Source of the DNA: a virus
Lineage: Duplodnaviria > Heunggongvirae > Uroviricota > Caudoviricetes
DNA: 64,000 nt
Virus record (IMG/VR): IMGVR_UViG_3300035661_000015
Coordinates: 1-64,000 of that record
Reading direction: 5' to 3' (one strand)
In this document: positions 46,645-57,240 of the stretch, piece after piece
Layout of the letters: every line of letters begins with the position of its first letter
Numbering within the stretch: the stretch's first letter is position 1
Program-made: the position numbers and the translations under genes
Notes under the pieces: model-generated
What the model was told of the DNA's origin: nothing
Database searches by the model: none
The model's input: only the letters and a program-made list of their open reading frames with translations

Positions 46645-48557
46645 GTATATTTGAAAAACGGGTAGCTTTTAAACCATATGAGTATCCAGATGTTCTAAAA
46701 TTTAGAGACGCTATCAATCATAGTTATTGGATTGTTACAGAATTTAATTTTTCTAGTGATGTACAGGACTTTAAAACTAATTTAACCGAAGTGGAGAGAC
46801 ATGCTATTAGGAACGCCCTTTTAGCTATTTCGCAGATTGAGATTTCCGTAAAAAAGTTTTGGGCAAAGATCGGGGATAAGTTTCCAAAGTCCGAATTTGA
46901 TCAGGTAGGTATAGTTTTTGCGGAATCCGAAGTTAGGCATGCTCAAGCTTATTCTGAGCTATTAGAAATTCTTGGTCTAAATGATGATTTTACCGGATTA
47001 CTTCAAGAGCCATCAATCCAGGGTCGGGTCGAATACTTAACAAAATATTTAAAAAACGCCTCAGATAACTCAAACGAAAACTATACATTGACATTGACTC
47101 TATTTTCTATTTTTATTGAGAATGTGAGTCTTTTTTCGCAATTCCTAATCATCCAATCGTTCAATAAATACAAAAATATATTAAAAGATATAGATAATGT
47201 AGTTCAGGCTACTCAGAAGGAAGAGTGTTATTCAGAAGATACTGATATTTTAACACCTAACGGTTGGGTGCCATTAAAAGATATAAAGAACGGAGATTCG
47301 GTTTATCAGTTTAAAAATGGTAAAATCACAAAAACAACCGCTTCAAATAAAATTGAGAGAGATTATAATGGACGGATGTATGAGATTGGTAATAAGTCAA
47401 GTAATTGCTTAGTAACTCCTGGTCATGAAATGGTTTATATCAACAAGATGGGGGATTATGAAAAGAATACCGCTAAAGATATTAAGTATCATTCAAAAAT
47501 AAAAATTCCTGCCGGTGGTATTTTAGAAAATAATTCTGAAGAAAAGTTGACGTGGAGTGAGCGTCTCCAAATCGCTATGCAATCTGATGCGACTAGATTA
47601 TATTGGATTAACGCCAATGGTGAAAAAATTTGGAGAGGAAAAGATGGTGGTTATAACTATGAGTTCACACTAACAAAACAAAGAAAAAAGGATAGGTTAA
47701 GATTAATTTTAAATAATACAAATATTGAGTTTGTAGAACAAGATATTGGTAAAGAGACGGAATTTAAAATAAAATATAACAATGATAATGATTATAAAAC
47801 ATTTACTTGGGTTGATTTAAGTAATAAAAATAAAGATTGGTGCATAGATTTTGTTCAAGAGTGCGTTGAGTGGGATGGATATAGAGGTGGCAGCAACATG
47901 GGGTTTAGCACTACGAATAAAAAGGTGGCCGATATTTTTCATGCTATTTCTGTACTGGCGGGTTATAGAACAAATCTTTTGACTAATAAAAGTAAAAGAG
48001 GATATAAGGATTGTTATAAAATTAGTATAAGTGAAAGGTCACTTACCCCATCTGGACACAGTTACGATAAAGTCGAACAAGGTTATAGTGGTATGGTTTA
48101 TTGCGTTACCGTTCCATCTGGAATCATTATCACAAGACGCAACGGAAAGGTTTGTGTTGCCGGAAATTGCCTACATGCACTTTTCGGGGTTTATCTGATC
48201 AAAGAAATTCAAAAAGAGTGTCCCGATTGGTTTAATGAGGATTTTTATAATAAGTTATATAGGGCTTGTAAGAAAGCGTATGAGGCAGAGGAAAAGATTA
48301 TAGACTGGATATTTGAAAAGGGTGAACTTGATTTTCTACCGAAAGATATTGTAAAAGAGTTTATTAAGGATAGGTTTAATGAGAGCTTACTTATGGTGGG
48401 CGGAAAAGAAGTTTTTGAAGTTGATACGGAGAAGTTAAGTTCTTTAAGTTGGTTCAACGAAGGTGTTAGTGGCCAGACCAGTACAGATTTTTTCCATAAA
48501 AAACCAGTGACTTATAGCAAAAAAACAAAATCAATCAAAGCGGGAGACTTATTCTAA
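46641..48557 (+). CDS. nrdB: Ribonucleotide reductase small subunit NrdB interrupted by an intein
   Basis: R2 ferritin-like fold motifs; extein junction QKEE|C...N|CLHALF matches RDEGLHCDF. Confidence 0.8.
   Translation: MSIFEKRVAFKPYEYPDVLKFRDAINHSYWIVTEFNFSSDVQDFKTNLTEVERHAIRNALLAISQIEISVKKFWAKIGDKFPKSEFDQVGIVFAESEVRHAQAYSELLEILGLNDDFTGLLQEPSIQGRVEYLTKYLKNASDNSNENYTLTLTLFSIFIENVSLFSQFLIIQSFNKYKNILKDIDNVVQATQKEECYSEDTDILTPNGWVPLKDIKNGDSVYQFKNGKITKTTASNKIERDYNGRMYEIGNKSSNCLVTPGHEMVYINKMGDYEKNTAKDIKYHSKIKIPAGGILENNSEEKLTWSERLQIAMQSDATRLYWINANGEKIWRGKDGGYNYEFTLTKQRKKDRLRLILNNTNIEFVEQDIGKETEFKIKYNNDNDYKTFTWVDLSNKNKDWCIDFVQECVEWDGYRGGSNMGFSTTNKKVADIFHAISVLAGYRTNLLTNKSKRGYKDCYKISISERSLTPSGHSYDKVEQGYSGMVYCVTVPSGIIITRRNGKVCVAGNCLHALFGVYLIKEIQKECPDWFNEDFYNKLYRACKKAYEAEEKIIDWIFEKGELDFLPKDIVKEFIKDRFNESLLMVGGKEVFEVDTEKLSSLSWFNEGVSGQTSTDFFHKKPVTYSKKTKSIKAGDLF
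47226..48167 (+). mobile_element. Intein in NrdB (Cys1 ... Asn, +1 Cys; about 314 aa with endonuclease-like middle)
   Basis: Begins CYSEDTD, ends VCVAGN followed by C; host protein continuity restored when removed. Confidence 0.7.
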
Positions 48558-51304
48558 TGGGTTATAGATGGTTAAATAAGTTATCACAAGATTTTCTTGA
48601 AAAAGACTACTTGCTACCAGGGCAAACGGTTGACGAACGTGTTAATATTATCTGTAATCATGCGGAAAATATTTTAAAATTACCGGGATTTGCAGCTAAA
48701 CTTAAGGCCAATTTTGAAAAAGGTTGGTATTCTTTTAGTACCCCAATCTGGACTAATTTTGGGACCGATAGAGGTTTAGCTATATCTTGTTTTGGTTCGT
48801 ATATAGAAGATACGATGGAGTCGATTGCGGGCACATGGGCCGAAGTCTGTATGATGACTAAACTAGGTGGTGGCACATCGGCTTATTTTGGCGATCTTCG
48901 CCCACGTGGGGCCGAAATTAAAAATAATGGAAAAAGTTCGGGTTCGGTCAATTTTATGGAAGCTTTTGATACCTTGATAAATATCGCTAGTCAAGGCTCC
49001 AGTAGACGTGGTAATTGTGCCGTATATTTGCCGGTTGATCATAAGGATATTGAAGAATTTTTACAGATCAGGCAAGAGGGGCATCCTATCCAAGACTTGT
49101 CTTTCGGCGTCTGTATTCCTGAGGGCTGGATGCAAAGCATGATTGATGGAGATCAATCTAAGCGGAAAATATGGGCCCGTATTTTGGAATGCCGATCTAA
49201 TATGGGCTATCCTTATATTTTCTTTTCGGATAATGTAAGTAATGGTACAGTAGATTGTTATAAAAATACGGATAGAAAAATCACCCACTCTAATTTATGT
49301 TGTGTTACAAAAGATCAGAGAGTTGTTTCGGATCGGGGGCTATTAACAGTTGAGGAATTATATAATATAGGAGGTGAATTAAAATTATTTGACGGGATCA
49401 ATCAGGTGTCGGCTTCGCCGATGTTAAAGATATCTGATTCTGAAGATATTTTTAAGATTACCCTAGATAATGGATTAACACATAAAGTTACTAGCGAGCA
49501 TAGAATTGAAACCAATAAGGGAATGGTAAAATTAAAAGATCTAAAAATTAGAGATAAGGTTGCAATTCAATTAAATACTGGTATTTTTGGTAATAAATCA
49601 ATGGAAGATGAGGCGTTTTTACTTGGAACCTATCAGGCTAATGGTACTCAAAATAAAGATAATATTTATCTTGATCTATGGGAACATAGTTTTGATCTAA
49701 TTGAAGAAATAGAGACTAGGTTTAGTAATGTGTTTTATAAATATAGTTGCGATAAGTATGATATTACAAATCAGTATAACTCAACTTTTCAAAGATCTAT
49801 TGATCCAACTAAATTTTATGATTGTGTCGTAACTGATTCGCCCATAAAGAAAAAGAGACTTGGGTCAAATTGTCTTAAAAAGGCACTAAATTTTGAAAAA
49901 GGATATATTCCTAATTGGATTTGGGAATCGGATGAAAAAACTCAGTGGCAGTATATTAGAGGCCTTTTCTACGCCGATGGCACTATCAGTATGACAAATG
50001 ATAAGGGTAGCCCTATTTACTTAAGCATCAGTAATATTAATAAAGCTTTTCTTGAAGAATTACAAATATTGCTTTTAAATCTCGGGGCAAGGTTTGCATT
50101 ATCTTTAGGTAATCCGGCTGGCGAAAGATCGCTACCAAATGGTAAAGGTGGTTATAGTCTATATAATTGCCAAGATTGCTATAGGCTAGTTTGTGGTAGT
50201 AAAGTTGCCGCATTATTATTTGAGAAGAATATACAATTTTTAACCCGTAAAGGTATAGAATTAGAAAATAGGGTATATAGGGACAATACCAAGAAATTCT
50301 CTAGAATTAAATCTATTGAGCATATTGGACAAGATTCCGTATACTGCTGTGAGGTTTATACCAATGATCACAAATGGGTTTGCAACGGAATAATTACTCA
50401 TAATAGTGAAATACTTTTACCAGATAACGCCGAAGAATCATTTGTATGTGATCTTTCTAGTATGAATATGATTTACTACGATGAATGGAAAGATACTGAC
50501 GCTATTGAACTACTGGTCTATCTTCTAGATGCGGTAATGACAGATTTTATTGAAAAGGCTAAGAAAATTAAATTTATGGAGCGGGCCGTTAGGTTTGCTG
50601 AAAATCATAGGGCTCTTGGGATCGGTTGGTTTGGGTGGCACAGTCTTTTGCAAAGTAAGATGATTGCTTTTGAAAGTATGGAAGCAAAGTATTTAAATAT
50701 TGAAATCGCCAAAAATATGAAAGAAAAAGCCTATGGGGCGTCGGCAAAAATGGCCGAAGAGTACGGTGAGTGTAAGATGACTAAAGGGTATGGACGTAGA
50801 CACGTAACACTTTCCGCAATCGCCCCCACAAAATCCTCTTCTTTTATTATTGAACAAGCCTCCGAAGCAGTCGAGCCCGATACGGCGAATATCACAGTCA
50901 AGGATTTAGCCAAGGGAAAAGTCACTATTAAAAATAAATACTTAATTAAAATATTGGAAACTAAGGGAAAGAATACTGAAAAAGTCTGGTCGTCTATTTT
51001 AAAAATGGGCGGATCTGTTCAACATTTAGATTTTTTAACAAATGAAGAAAAAGCGGTATTCAAAACCTTCGGAGAAATTTCTCCGCGTGAAATTATAATT
51101 CAGGCCGCCCAAAGACAGAAATATATTGATCAGTCTCAATCTATTAATTTAATGATCCATCCATCAGTACCGACTAAAGATGTAAATGCCCTACTTATTG
51201 AAGCTTGGCAAATGGGTGTAAAAACCCTATATTATCAAAAAAGTGTTAACGCCTCTCAAGAATTTGCTAAAAATATTCTGAATTGTTCGTCTTGCGAAGG
51301 TTGA
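48557..51304 (+). CDS. nrdA: Ribonucleotide reductase large subunit NrdA interrupted by an intein at the active-site NLC|SEI
   Basis: ATP-cone/RNR motifs; SNLC then intein then SEILLPDN. Confidence 0.85.
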   Translation: MGYRWLNKLSQDFLEKDYLLPGQTVDERVNIICNHAENILKLPGFAAKLKANFEKGWYSFSTPIWTNFGTDRGLAISCFGSYIEDTMESIAGTWAEVCMMTKLGGGTSAYFGDLRPRGAEIKNNGKSSGSVNFMEAFDTLINIASQGSSRRGNCAVYLPVDHKDIEEFLQIRQEGHPIQDLSFGVCIPEGWMQSMIDGDQSKRKIWARILECRSNMGYPYIFFSDNVSNGTVDCYKNTDRKITHSNLCCVTKDQRVVSDRGLLTVEELYNIGGELKLFDGINQVSASPMLKISDSEDIFKITLDNGLTHKVTSEHRIETNKGMVKLKDLKIRDKVAIQLNTGIFGNKSMEDEAFLLGTYQANGTQNKDNIYLDLWEHSFDLIEEIETRFSNVFYKYSCDKYDITNQYNSTFQRSIDPTKFYDCVVTDSPIKKKRLGSNCLKKALNFEKGYIPNWIWESDEKTQWQYIRGLFYADGTISMTNDKGSPIYLSISNINKAFLEELQILLLNLGARFALSLGNPAGERSLPNGKGGYSLYNCQDCYRLVCGSKVAALLFEKNIQFLTRKGIELENRVYRDNTKKFSRIKSIEHIGQDSVYCCEVYTNDHKWVCNGIITHNSEILLPDNAEESFVCDLSSMNMIYYDEWKDTDAIELLVYLLDAVMTDFIEKAKKIKFMERAVRFAENHRALGIGWFGWHSLLQSKMIAFESMEAKYLNIEIAKNMKEKAYGASAKMAEEYGECKMTKGYGRRHVTLSAIAPTKSSSFIIEQASEAVEPDTANITVKDLAKGKVTIKNKYLIKILETKGKNTEKVWSSILKMGGSVQHLDFLTNEEKAVFKTFGEISPREIIIQAAQRQKYIDQSQSINLMIHPSVPTKDVNALLIEAWQMGVKTLYYQKSVNASQEFAKNILNCSSCEG
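49301..50404 (+). mobile_element. Intein in NrdA (Cys1 ... His-Asn, +1 Ser; 368 aa; LAGLIDADG-like GLFYADGTI)
   Basis: CVTKDQ ... ITHN|S; homing endonuclease motif inside. Confidence 0.8.
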
Positions 51305-51329
51305 CACTAAATATAACTTGTGTTACAAT
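51301..51329 (+). promoter_or_regulatory. Sigma70-like promoter (TTGACA-17-TACAAT)
   Basis: Hexamers. Confidence 0.5.
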
Positions 51330-51411
51330 AGGAGATGCGGTTAATGCCACGTCTCTTTTTTTATAAGGATACATATGCAATTTTTTATATATTGGAAATG
51401 GAGAATGGAAA

Positions 51412-51792
51412 ATGTTTAAATATAAAAATCAATACTACGAACAATCACTTGTTTTAAAAAATAATCCAAAGTCAGAAATCTCTATGGAAGATTTTATTAG
51501 ATCATATTATAAAAATGGTTATCATGATGGTCAACCAAGACTTCGGCAACTCCTACCTAATGGGGAATGGTCCGATAATACATATCAACTCTCTACACTA
51601 GCTAAGACATTTTTATTATACGAAGCAAGGGTTCATATTTTTGACACCAAACAAATACTCGTAGAAACACGTAATTCTTACGATGGTTACATTACAGGAG
51701 TTAAGTATTTTTATTATGAATCTTTGGATGATTTTATTTGCACCATTATGAACTGGACCAATGATTTTACGGAGTTTTATAAAAATGTTTAA
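51412..51792 (+). CDS. Hypothetical protein
   Basis: ORF track. Confidence 0.4.
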   Translation: MFKYKNQYYEQSLVLKNNPKSEISMEDFIRSYYKNGYHDGQPRLRQLLPNGEWSDNTYQLSTLAKTFLLYEARVHIFDTKQILVETRNSYDGYITGVKYFYYESLDDFICTIMNWTNDFTEFYKNV

Positions 51793-52025
51793 TACTATAC
51801 TTGATCTGGTTAACGATTATAAAATTGATAAAGCACTTGATTTTTCTAATAGAGAAGAAAAGTCTTTATTTGGCATGGTTTATTTTTTTTGAAACAGGTC
51901 AAGTTATATTGGAAACAGTGGAGTTTCTTGATCTTAAATACTTTTCCAATATGGGTGAATTTGAAAAGTTTATCATGAATGAGATTAATAGAATTAAAAC
52001 TCTAGAAAAGAATTGAAATTTTAAT

Positions 52026-52640
52026 ATGAACCTAATAGAACAAATGCAAAGTTGCGAATATACGCCCGGCCAATCAGTGTTAGAATATGGACAATCTGTC
52101 TACGAGTATTTTAGACGAATTTTAAATATTTGCCTAACTGGCGTTATTGATCCCGCCATAAAGGTGCCCGACCAAATGTTCTTGTACAGGAAATGGGCCG
52201 CTGACGAAATTGACATTTATATTATGTACTTCTATTTACTTTATCACAATTGTGGAAAATCCTTTTGTAAAAGGGTTGACGAAAATGGAAAGTCCCACTT
52301 CCCCGATCATGCCGCCGTCTCTAAGGCCACCTATGCCCTGTACTTTCCGCTTACACCATTTACCCTTGACATTCAAGAGCTAATTGGTTATGATATGGTT
52401 ATTCACACAGCAAACAGGGAAGAAATTGCCGAGCACTTAAAAGTATGGAAACCAGAAACCGCCATCGCCCTTTGCTTTTCCGCACTCGCCGAAGTACATT
52501 CTAACGCAATGATGTTTGGAGGGCTTGACTCAACTTCATTTAAGATTAAGTACAAGAGGATTGAGAAAAATATTAATTTTATTTTTAAGCACTATAAACC
52601 TAATCCTAATAAGATCAGTGTTAAGCTTAAAGGGGGGTGA
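52026..52640 (+). CDS. Hypothetical protein
   Basis: ORF track. Confidence 0.4.
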   Translation: MNLIEQMQSCEYTPGQSVLEYGQSVYEYFRRILNICLTGVIDPAIKVPDQMFLYRKWAADEIDIYIMYFYLLYHNCGKSFCKRVDENGKSHFPDHAAVSKATYALYFPLTPFTLDIQELIGYDMVIHTANREEIAEHLKVWKPETAIALCFSALAEVHSNAMMFGGLDSTSFKIKYKRIEKNINFIFKHYKPNPNKISVKLKGG

Positions 52641-52702
52641 AGAAATGCCGGGTATGTATTATGCTCAAATTCCACCGAAAGAAGGAAGGATGGTAATCTT
52701 AA

Positions 52703-53245
52703 ATGTTTGAAAGCCACGTAACCGTCGAAGACTTTTCCGAAGAAGGATTTAGGGCGAAGTGCAAGGAAATTGGTGTTAAGCCCGTCGTTATTTACCAGGA
52801 TAGTGGCGGAAGGCCCGTTCAAATGATGACTCAGGAATTTTTTAAAAGCACCGATAGAGACGCGGCGGTTGCCCGCCTCCACGAAATTGCAGATCAGTTT
52901 GGAACAAACTGTAAGCGGAGAAAGTTAGAGGAAATAGTAGGGGGCCGGGCTAAATCGTTGCCGCCCCACGACTATCTTGAATTTCACCTAAAATATTCCC
53001 CAGTCGCCCCCTTAACTTTCTCCGCTCATGTGTTACAATTAGGGGGTAAAACATCGATGAATGCCAATGGTAACTGTTATGCTACGGCGAATGATAGGGC
53101 GACTTACGAGAAATTAAAAAGCGGCCTTATCGGGCATAATTTTATTTCAGAGGCTTTTGAGTGTATTGTTTTTGATAGTAATCCGTCATATGATTTTGTT
53201 CACCATTGTGATTGTGGTCTCAAGGTTGTACCTATATACGAATAG
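52703..53245 (+). CDS. Hypothetical protein hosting an in-frame forward/reverse motif pair (52912-53028)
   Basis: ORF track. Confidence 0.4.
   Translation: MFESHVTVEDFSEEGFRAKCKEIGVKPVVIYQDSGGRPVQMMTQEFFKSTDRDAAVARLHEIADQFGTNCKRRKLEEIVGGRAKSLPPHDYLEFHLKYSPVAPLTFSAHVLQLGGKTSMNANGNCYATANDRATYEKLKSGLIGHNFISEAFECIVFDSNPSYDFVHHCDCGLKVVPIYE
52912..52950 (+). repeat. Dispersed motif, forward copy with an 11-nt insertion before the GC box (in CDS)
   Basis: TAAGCGGAGAAAGTTAGAGGAAATAGTAGGGGGCCGGGC. Confidence 0.75.
53005..53028 (-). repeat. Dispersed motif, reverse copy (same CDS, about 90 bp downstream)
   Basis: CGCCCCCTTAACTTTCTCCGCTCA. Confidence 0.8.
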
Positions 53246-53689
53246 GCACATATGTTGGACTACGGGCACATATAATAATAAACTTTTTTTAAATGAAGTG
53301 GTTGAAGAAAAATAAGGGAGAGTAAAATGATCGTAGAAATTTTCCCGACTTACATACCTAATGATCCAGCTTTTCTTTATCTTCTTAATCATATTAACGA
53401 ATTAACCGATTCGGGATATCTTTTAGAAGCACTTAATGCAACGGTCGACTTAGCTTTTCAAATTGGTAGGGAGTATGAGTTAAGTATTTCTGAGTATATT
53501 AAGATGCAAAATGATAAACTTACCCAAAAAGGGGATGAGGACGATGTTGGTGCGGGTGGCTTGGGCTATTTTAATATTAAAGCCCATAATGAGAGCATCT
53601 AATCACTTTGTAAAAATACATGGATTTGAAAACATATTTCATCTTAAGTATTTTTATAAATGGTTAAAAGAAGAGGGGTAGAGTAAAGT

Positions 53690-54253
53690 ATGGACATTTT
53701 GAACCACAAGACTTTGGTCCTAAATCAGTGCGGTACTCCCATAAAGTGCTTGCATTGGTCTAGGGCCATTAGTCTTGTTTATGTGAGAAATAAGGCAACT
53801 GTTTTAAATTATTATGATATTAAACTTAGGGCGGGTCACGGTAAAAATTATCCCTTACCTGCTGTTATTATTCTCAAGAAGTATGTTCGTCAAAACTATC
53901 TTCATGTTGGAATATCTAAGCGGAAAATATATGTGAGGGACAAATATGAGTGCCAGTATTGCGGCGAACGGCTAAAACAAGACGGTCTGACCATTGATCA
54001 TATTATTCCAAAATCCTTCTTTAAAAAGGGGCCGCAGGTGGCGGTCGATGGAAAGCAGTTGGTCAATTCGGGCTCTTGGCGTAATTTAATCACGTCATGT
54101 AAGCCATGTAATACGAAAAAGGGCAATCGGACCCCCGAGCAGGCGGGCATGAACCTCTTGACTTTGCCCCGTATTCCTGATAGAATAGAGATCAAGTTGG
54201 GACTCTTAAGTGAAAGTTTTCCAGATGAATGGAGAAATTACATTGCAGTTTAA
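53690..54253 (+). CDS. HNH endonuclease
   Basis: CQYCGERL...DHIIPKS...CKPCNTKKGN. Confidence 0.65.
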   Translation: MDILNHKTLVLNQCGTPIKCLHWSRAISLVYVRNKATVLNYYDIKLRAGHGKNYPLPAVIILKKYVRQNYLHVGISKRKIYVRDKYECQYCGERLKQDGLTIDHIIPKSFFKKGPQVAVDGKQLVNSGSWRNLITSCKPCNTKKGNRTPEQAGMNLLTLPRIPDRIEIKLGLLSESFPDEWRNYIAV

Positions 54254-54523
54254 AATCATTAAAGATAGCGATACTATTGAGAATGTTGTAGATTTCCTTA
54301 TGGATAACGACTGTTTTTATATTGTTGAGACCGAAGGTGGTGAAATTAAAATTCTATCACAAGTCTCGTTGGTATATAGTTGTTATAAAAGGATTATCCA
54401 AGTAATGTCGGGACCGAATGAACTTTTGGCCCAGGGTATTGGGGCACTTTTAAAAAGGATCGAAGCCCTTGAAGATGCTACATTTTCTTTCCCAATCCTT
54501 AAGTAAAAAGGATAAGTGAAAAA

Positions 54524-55657
54524 GTGTTAAATCCAAATAATTCCATCATTGATTCTGGATATAAATTTGTTCTCTCAATTACGGGGGGTGGTCAAGAGAT
54601 TATTGGCGAACTTACAAAATATGGGGGTATGTCATCATGTCTTCTAGAATGTAATGTGCCGTATTCTCAACCCGCCCTTGAAAAACTTATCGGTCACCTA
54701 CCAACTAAAACTGTAAGTAAAGAGACCGCACTTAAATTAGCTATGGTGAGCTATCTTAGAGCAAAAGAGTATACGGGCGAAAATAAAAATATTTATGGAA
54801 TTGGCGTGACCTCCTCTTTGGTAAAGCTGGACGGTGAACGAGGTGGGCGTGAACATAAGGTCTGTATTGGTTTACATGGTACAAATACTTATTACCTTGA
54901 AATTATTTTAAAGCAGAATCGAACGAGATTAGAAGAAGAAGAGTTGGTTTCAAATATCATTGGGGCGATTTTAGAATATGCTGGTTATGAGTTCGATATA
55001 TTTGTGAATTGTTCTAGAAGTCAAATTAATGGACTTTTATCTACCTTAGACTTTTTTAATATTGAACTTGGGTTTTTTAAGTCTGAATATAATAATGCCT
55101 ACATATTTTTAAAAGATGGTCTAGCTGCTAGTCAGTGTGAAACTCCGCTTAATCCAACACTCTTTCCTGTTTCTATGAATCCACTTCATAGTGGGCACAT
55201 TACTATAAAAGAGTTTTATGAAAAAAAATACGATAAAACTGTTTATTATGAACTATGTCTAAAAAACGCCGACAAAGGACAGCTTGATTTTATTTCAACC
55301 CAAGAAAGAATTAAACAGGTTAATGAATTGTTTATTACAAACTTACCTTTGTTTATTGATAAATTTAACAAATTTCCTTATTCGTCTTTTTTAATGGGGG
55401 TCGATACCTTTCATCGTATCCTTAATCCTAAATACTATAACTTAGAGACTATTAGAGATGTAATTAAAAAATACAACCATCACTTTGATCGTAGATCGTC
55501 TCTACATATTTTTAATAGAGTTGGTTACGAGGGAACTTATAATTATCTTAAGGGCTACCTTGAAGCCCTAGATCTTGATTGTTCTGGTATCATTTTTGAA
55601 GATGATTTTATTCCAACAGACATTTCTTCTACTAAAATCAGAAAAGGGCAGCTATGA
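54524..55657 (+). CDS. Bifunctional CinA/PncC-like domain plus NMN adenylyltransferase (HxGH, ISSTKIR)
   Basis: N-terminal SITGGG...ECNVPYS (CinA C-terminal-domain-like); C-terminal NPLHSGH and ISSTKIR. Confidence 0.7.
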   Translation: MLNPNNSIIDSGYKFVLSITGGGQEIIGELTKYGGMSSCLLECNVPYSQPALEKLIGHLPTKTVSKETALKLAMVSYLRAKEYTGENKNIYGIGVTSSLVKLDGERGGREHKVCIGLHGTNTYYLEIILKQNRTRLEEEELVSNIIGAILEYAGYEFDIFVNCSRSQINGLLSTLDFFNIELGFFKSEYNNAYIFLKDGLAASQCETPLNPTLFPVSMNPLHSGHITIKEFYEKKYDKTVYYELCLKNADKGQLDFISTQERIKQVNELFITNLPLFIDKFNKFPYSSFLMGVDTFHRILNPKYYNLETIRDVIKKYNHHFDRRSSLHIFNRVGYEGTYNYLKGYLEALDLDCSGIIFEDDFIPTDISSTKIRKGQL

Positions 55658-57240
55658 ACCTCAACACTTTTTTAAGTGGCCCACGAAAGATCCCCGTACC
55701 ACTACGCGGCGACTTTTATACCGTCACAAGTGCCCCCGTTATTTCCAAATCAGCTAAGCGGAGAAGTGTGTATAATTTTACTAATCGTGTTAGTCCAATG
55801 ACCGGCCTTCCACAGGGCGTTGCGGGCGACTCACGTATGGTTCTTTTTGGACTGACCGATTTTATCCAGCGGGAATTGATTTGCCCAATTAATTATAGTG
55901 ATATATCCGACACGGCGGATTTCTTAAAAGATGCCCACTCTTTTGGCGACCCAGTCCCCTTTGATAAACAAATGTGGATTCGTGTGTTAGATAAGTACAA
56001 TGGTTTTTTGCCAATTGAGATTAAGGCCCTTCCGGAATGCTCTACTTTTTGGCCCAATGAGCCCATAATTGAAGTCCAATCTTTGGACGAGGGGTTTGGG
56101 GAAATCGCCGCAATTATAGAGGCCAACTTAGTTGGCATGGTTTCTTGTGCAACGGCCCGCCTAACCTTAAGTCGCCACCTATTTAAGAGAATGCAACAGC
56201 AAGTTAAAAAGTACAACCCCTCCTATTCCTCCGCTCAAGTTGATAGCATAGCATCCTTTATGGTTCACGATTTTGGAATGAGGGCATCATCTACGCCGGA
56301 AGAAGCTGAAATTTATGGTGTAGCTCACCTTTTAGCCGGATTTAATGGTACGGATACGACAAGTGCAGCATATTTAGTACGAAAGAATGGTGCCCCTAGT
56401 CCTATCGGCACGAGTATTTTGGCCCTAGCCCATCGTATTGTACAGAGTCACGACGAAGAACAAAGTTCTTTTGAGGCTCTTTTTAATGCAAGTCAAGGTA
56501 CGATTGGGAGTTATGTGGGCGATTGTTATAATTTTAATAATGCGGTCGATAAATTCCTTGTAGAGATTGCCCTAAGAACTAAGACAATTGTAGTTGCTCG
56601 TCCTGATAGTGGCGATTATATTAAAAATATGCTCTATGTGGTTGACACGGCTATCAAGCACGACCTTTTTACCATTTCGCGAGATGGATTAAAAGAAGCT
56701 ACTAATCTACGTTATATTTTGGGCGACTCAATGACTTGGGCTAAAATGTGGGAAAGTTTTCAAGTCCTAGAACGCCGTGGTGTAAATCCAACAGGTTTTG
56801 GTATTTTTGGGGTTGGGGGCTGGATGCGTAATAGCGTTAATCGCGATAGCCTTTCTTCCGCTTATAAATTGGCCGAACATGGTTCATATCCAGATTTTAA
56901 GAAGGTAGTAAAACTTTCCGAGATTGCCGCTAAAATGTCGATTCCCGGCCAAACAAAGATTTTGCGGGGCAACTTGGTTGGAAAATCCCCCACAGTTGTT
57001 GCAATTGAAGAACCGGGAGAGGACCAGAGAGTTGTTTATTATAGGGGCGATATGGGTGAAAAGAGTTTCTTGGCTCCATGTCTAGAAGATTTTAATACGA
57101 AGCGGCAACGGTGTATTGAAGAGTTTGATAGCTATACTCATGTAAACTGTGATTATGGGACCAGAAACTTTTTGCCAACATCAAAGGCTATTCGAGATTT
57201 TCAACAAGAGGCAATTAATAAATACAGGGGTAACAAGTGA
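55654..57240 (+). CDS. nadV: Nicotinamide phosphoribosyltransferase (NAMPT/NadV)
   Basis: HDFGMRASSTPEEAEIYGVAHLLAGFNGTDT matches the NAMPT core. Confidence 0.75.
   Translation: MNLNTFLSGPRKIPVPLRGDFYTVTSAPVISKSAKRRSVYNFTNRVSPMTGLPQGVAGDSRMVLFGLTDFIQRELICPINYSDISDTADFLKDAHSFGDPVPFDKQMWIRVLDKYNGFLPIEIKALPECSTFWPNEPIIEVQSLDEGFGEIAAIIEANLVGMVSCATARLTLSRHLFKRMQQQVKKYNPSYSSAQVDSIASFMVHDFGMRASSTPEEAEIYGVAHLLAGFNGTDTTSAAYLVRKNGAPSPIGTSILALAHRIVQSHDEEQSSFEALFNASQGTIGSYVGDCYNFNNAVDKFLVEIALRTKTIVVARPDSGDYIKNMLYVVDTAIKHDLFTISRDGLKEATNLRYILGDSMTWAKMWESFQVLERRGVNPTGFGIFGVGGWMRNSVNRDSLSSAYKLAEHGSYPDFKKVVKLSEIAAKMSIPGQTKILRGNLVGKSPTVVAIEEPGEDQRVVYYRGDMGEKSFLAPCLEDFNTKRQRCIEEFDSYTHVNCDYGTRNFLPTSKAIRDFQQEAINKYRGNK
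55755..55773 (+). repeat. Dispersed motif, degenerate forward copy (in the NAMPT CDS)
   Basis: CTAAGCGGAGAAGTGTGTAT. Confidence 0.5.
56214..56236 (-). repeat. Dispersed motif, degenerate reverse copy (in the NAMPT CDS)
   Basis: CAACCCCTCCTATTCCTCCGCTCA. Confidence 0.45.

Noticed and set aside
51071-51084. GGAGAAATTTCTCC palindrome inside nrdA
   Set aside because: A short perfect palindrome resembling the motif core, but it is isolated, has no GC box, and lies in a conserved coding region.
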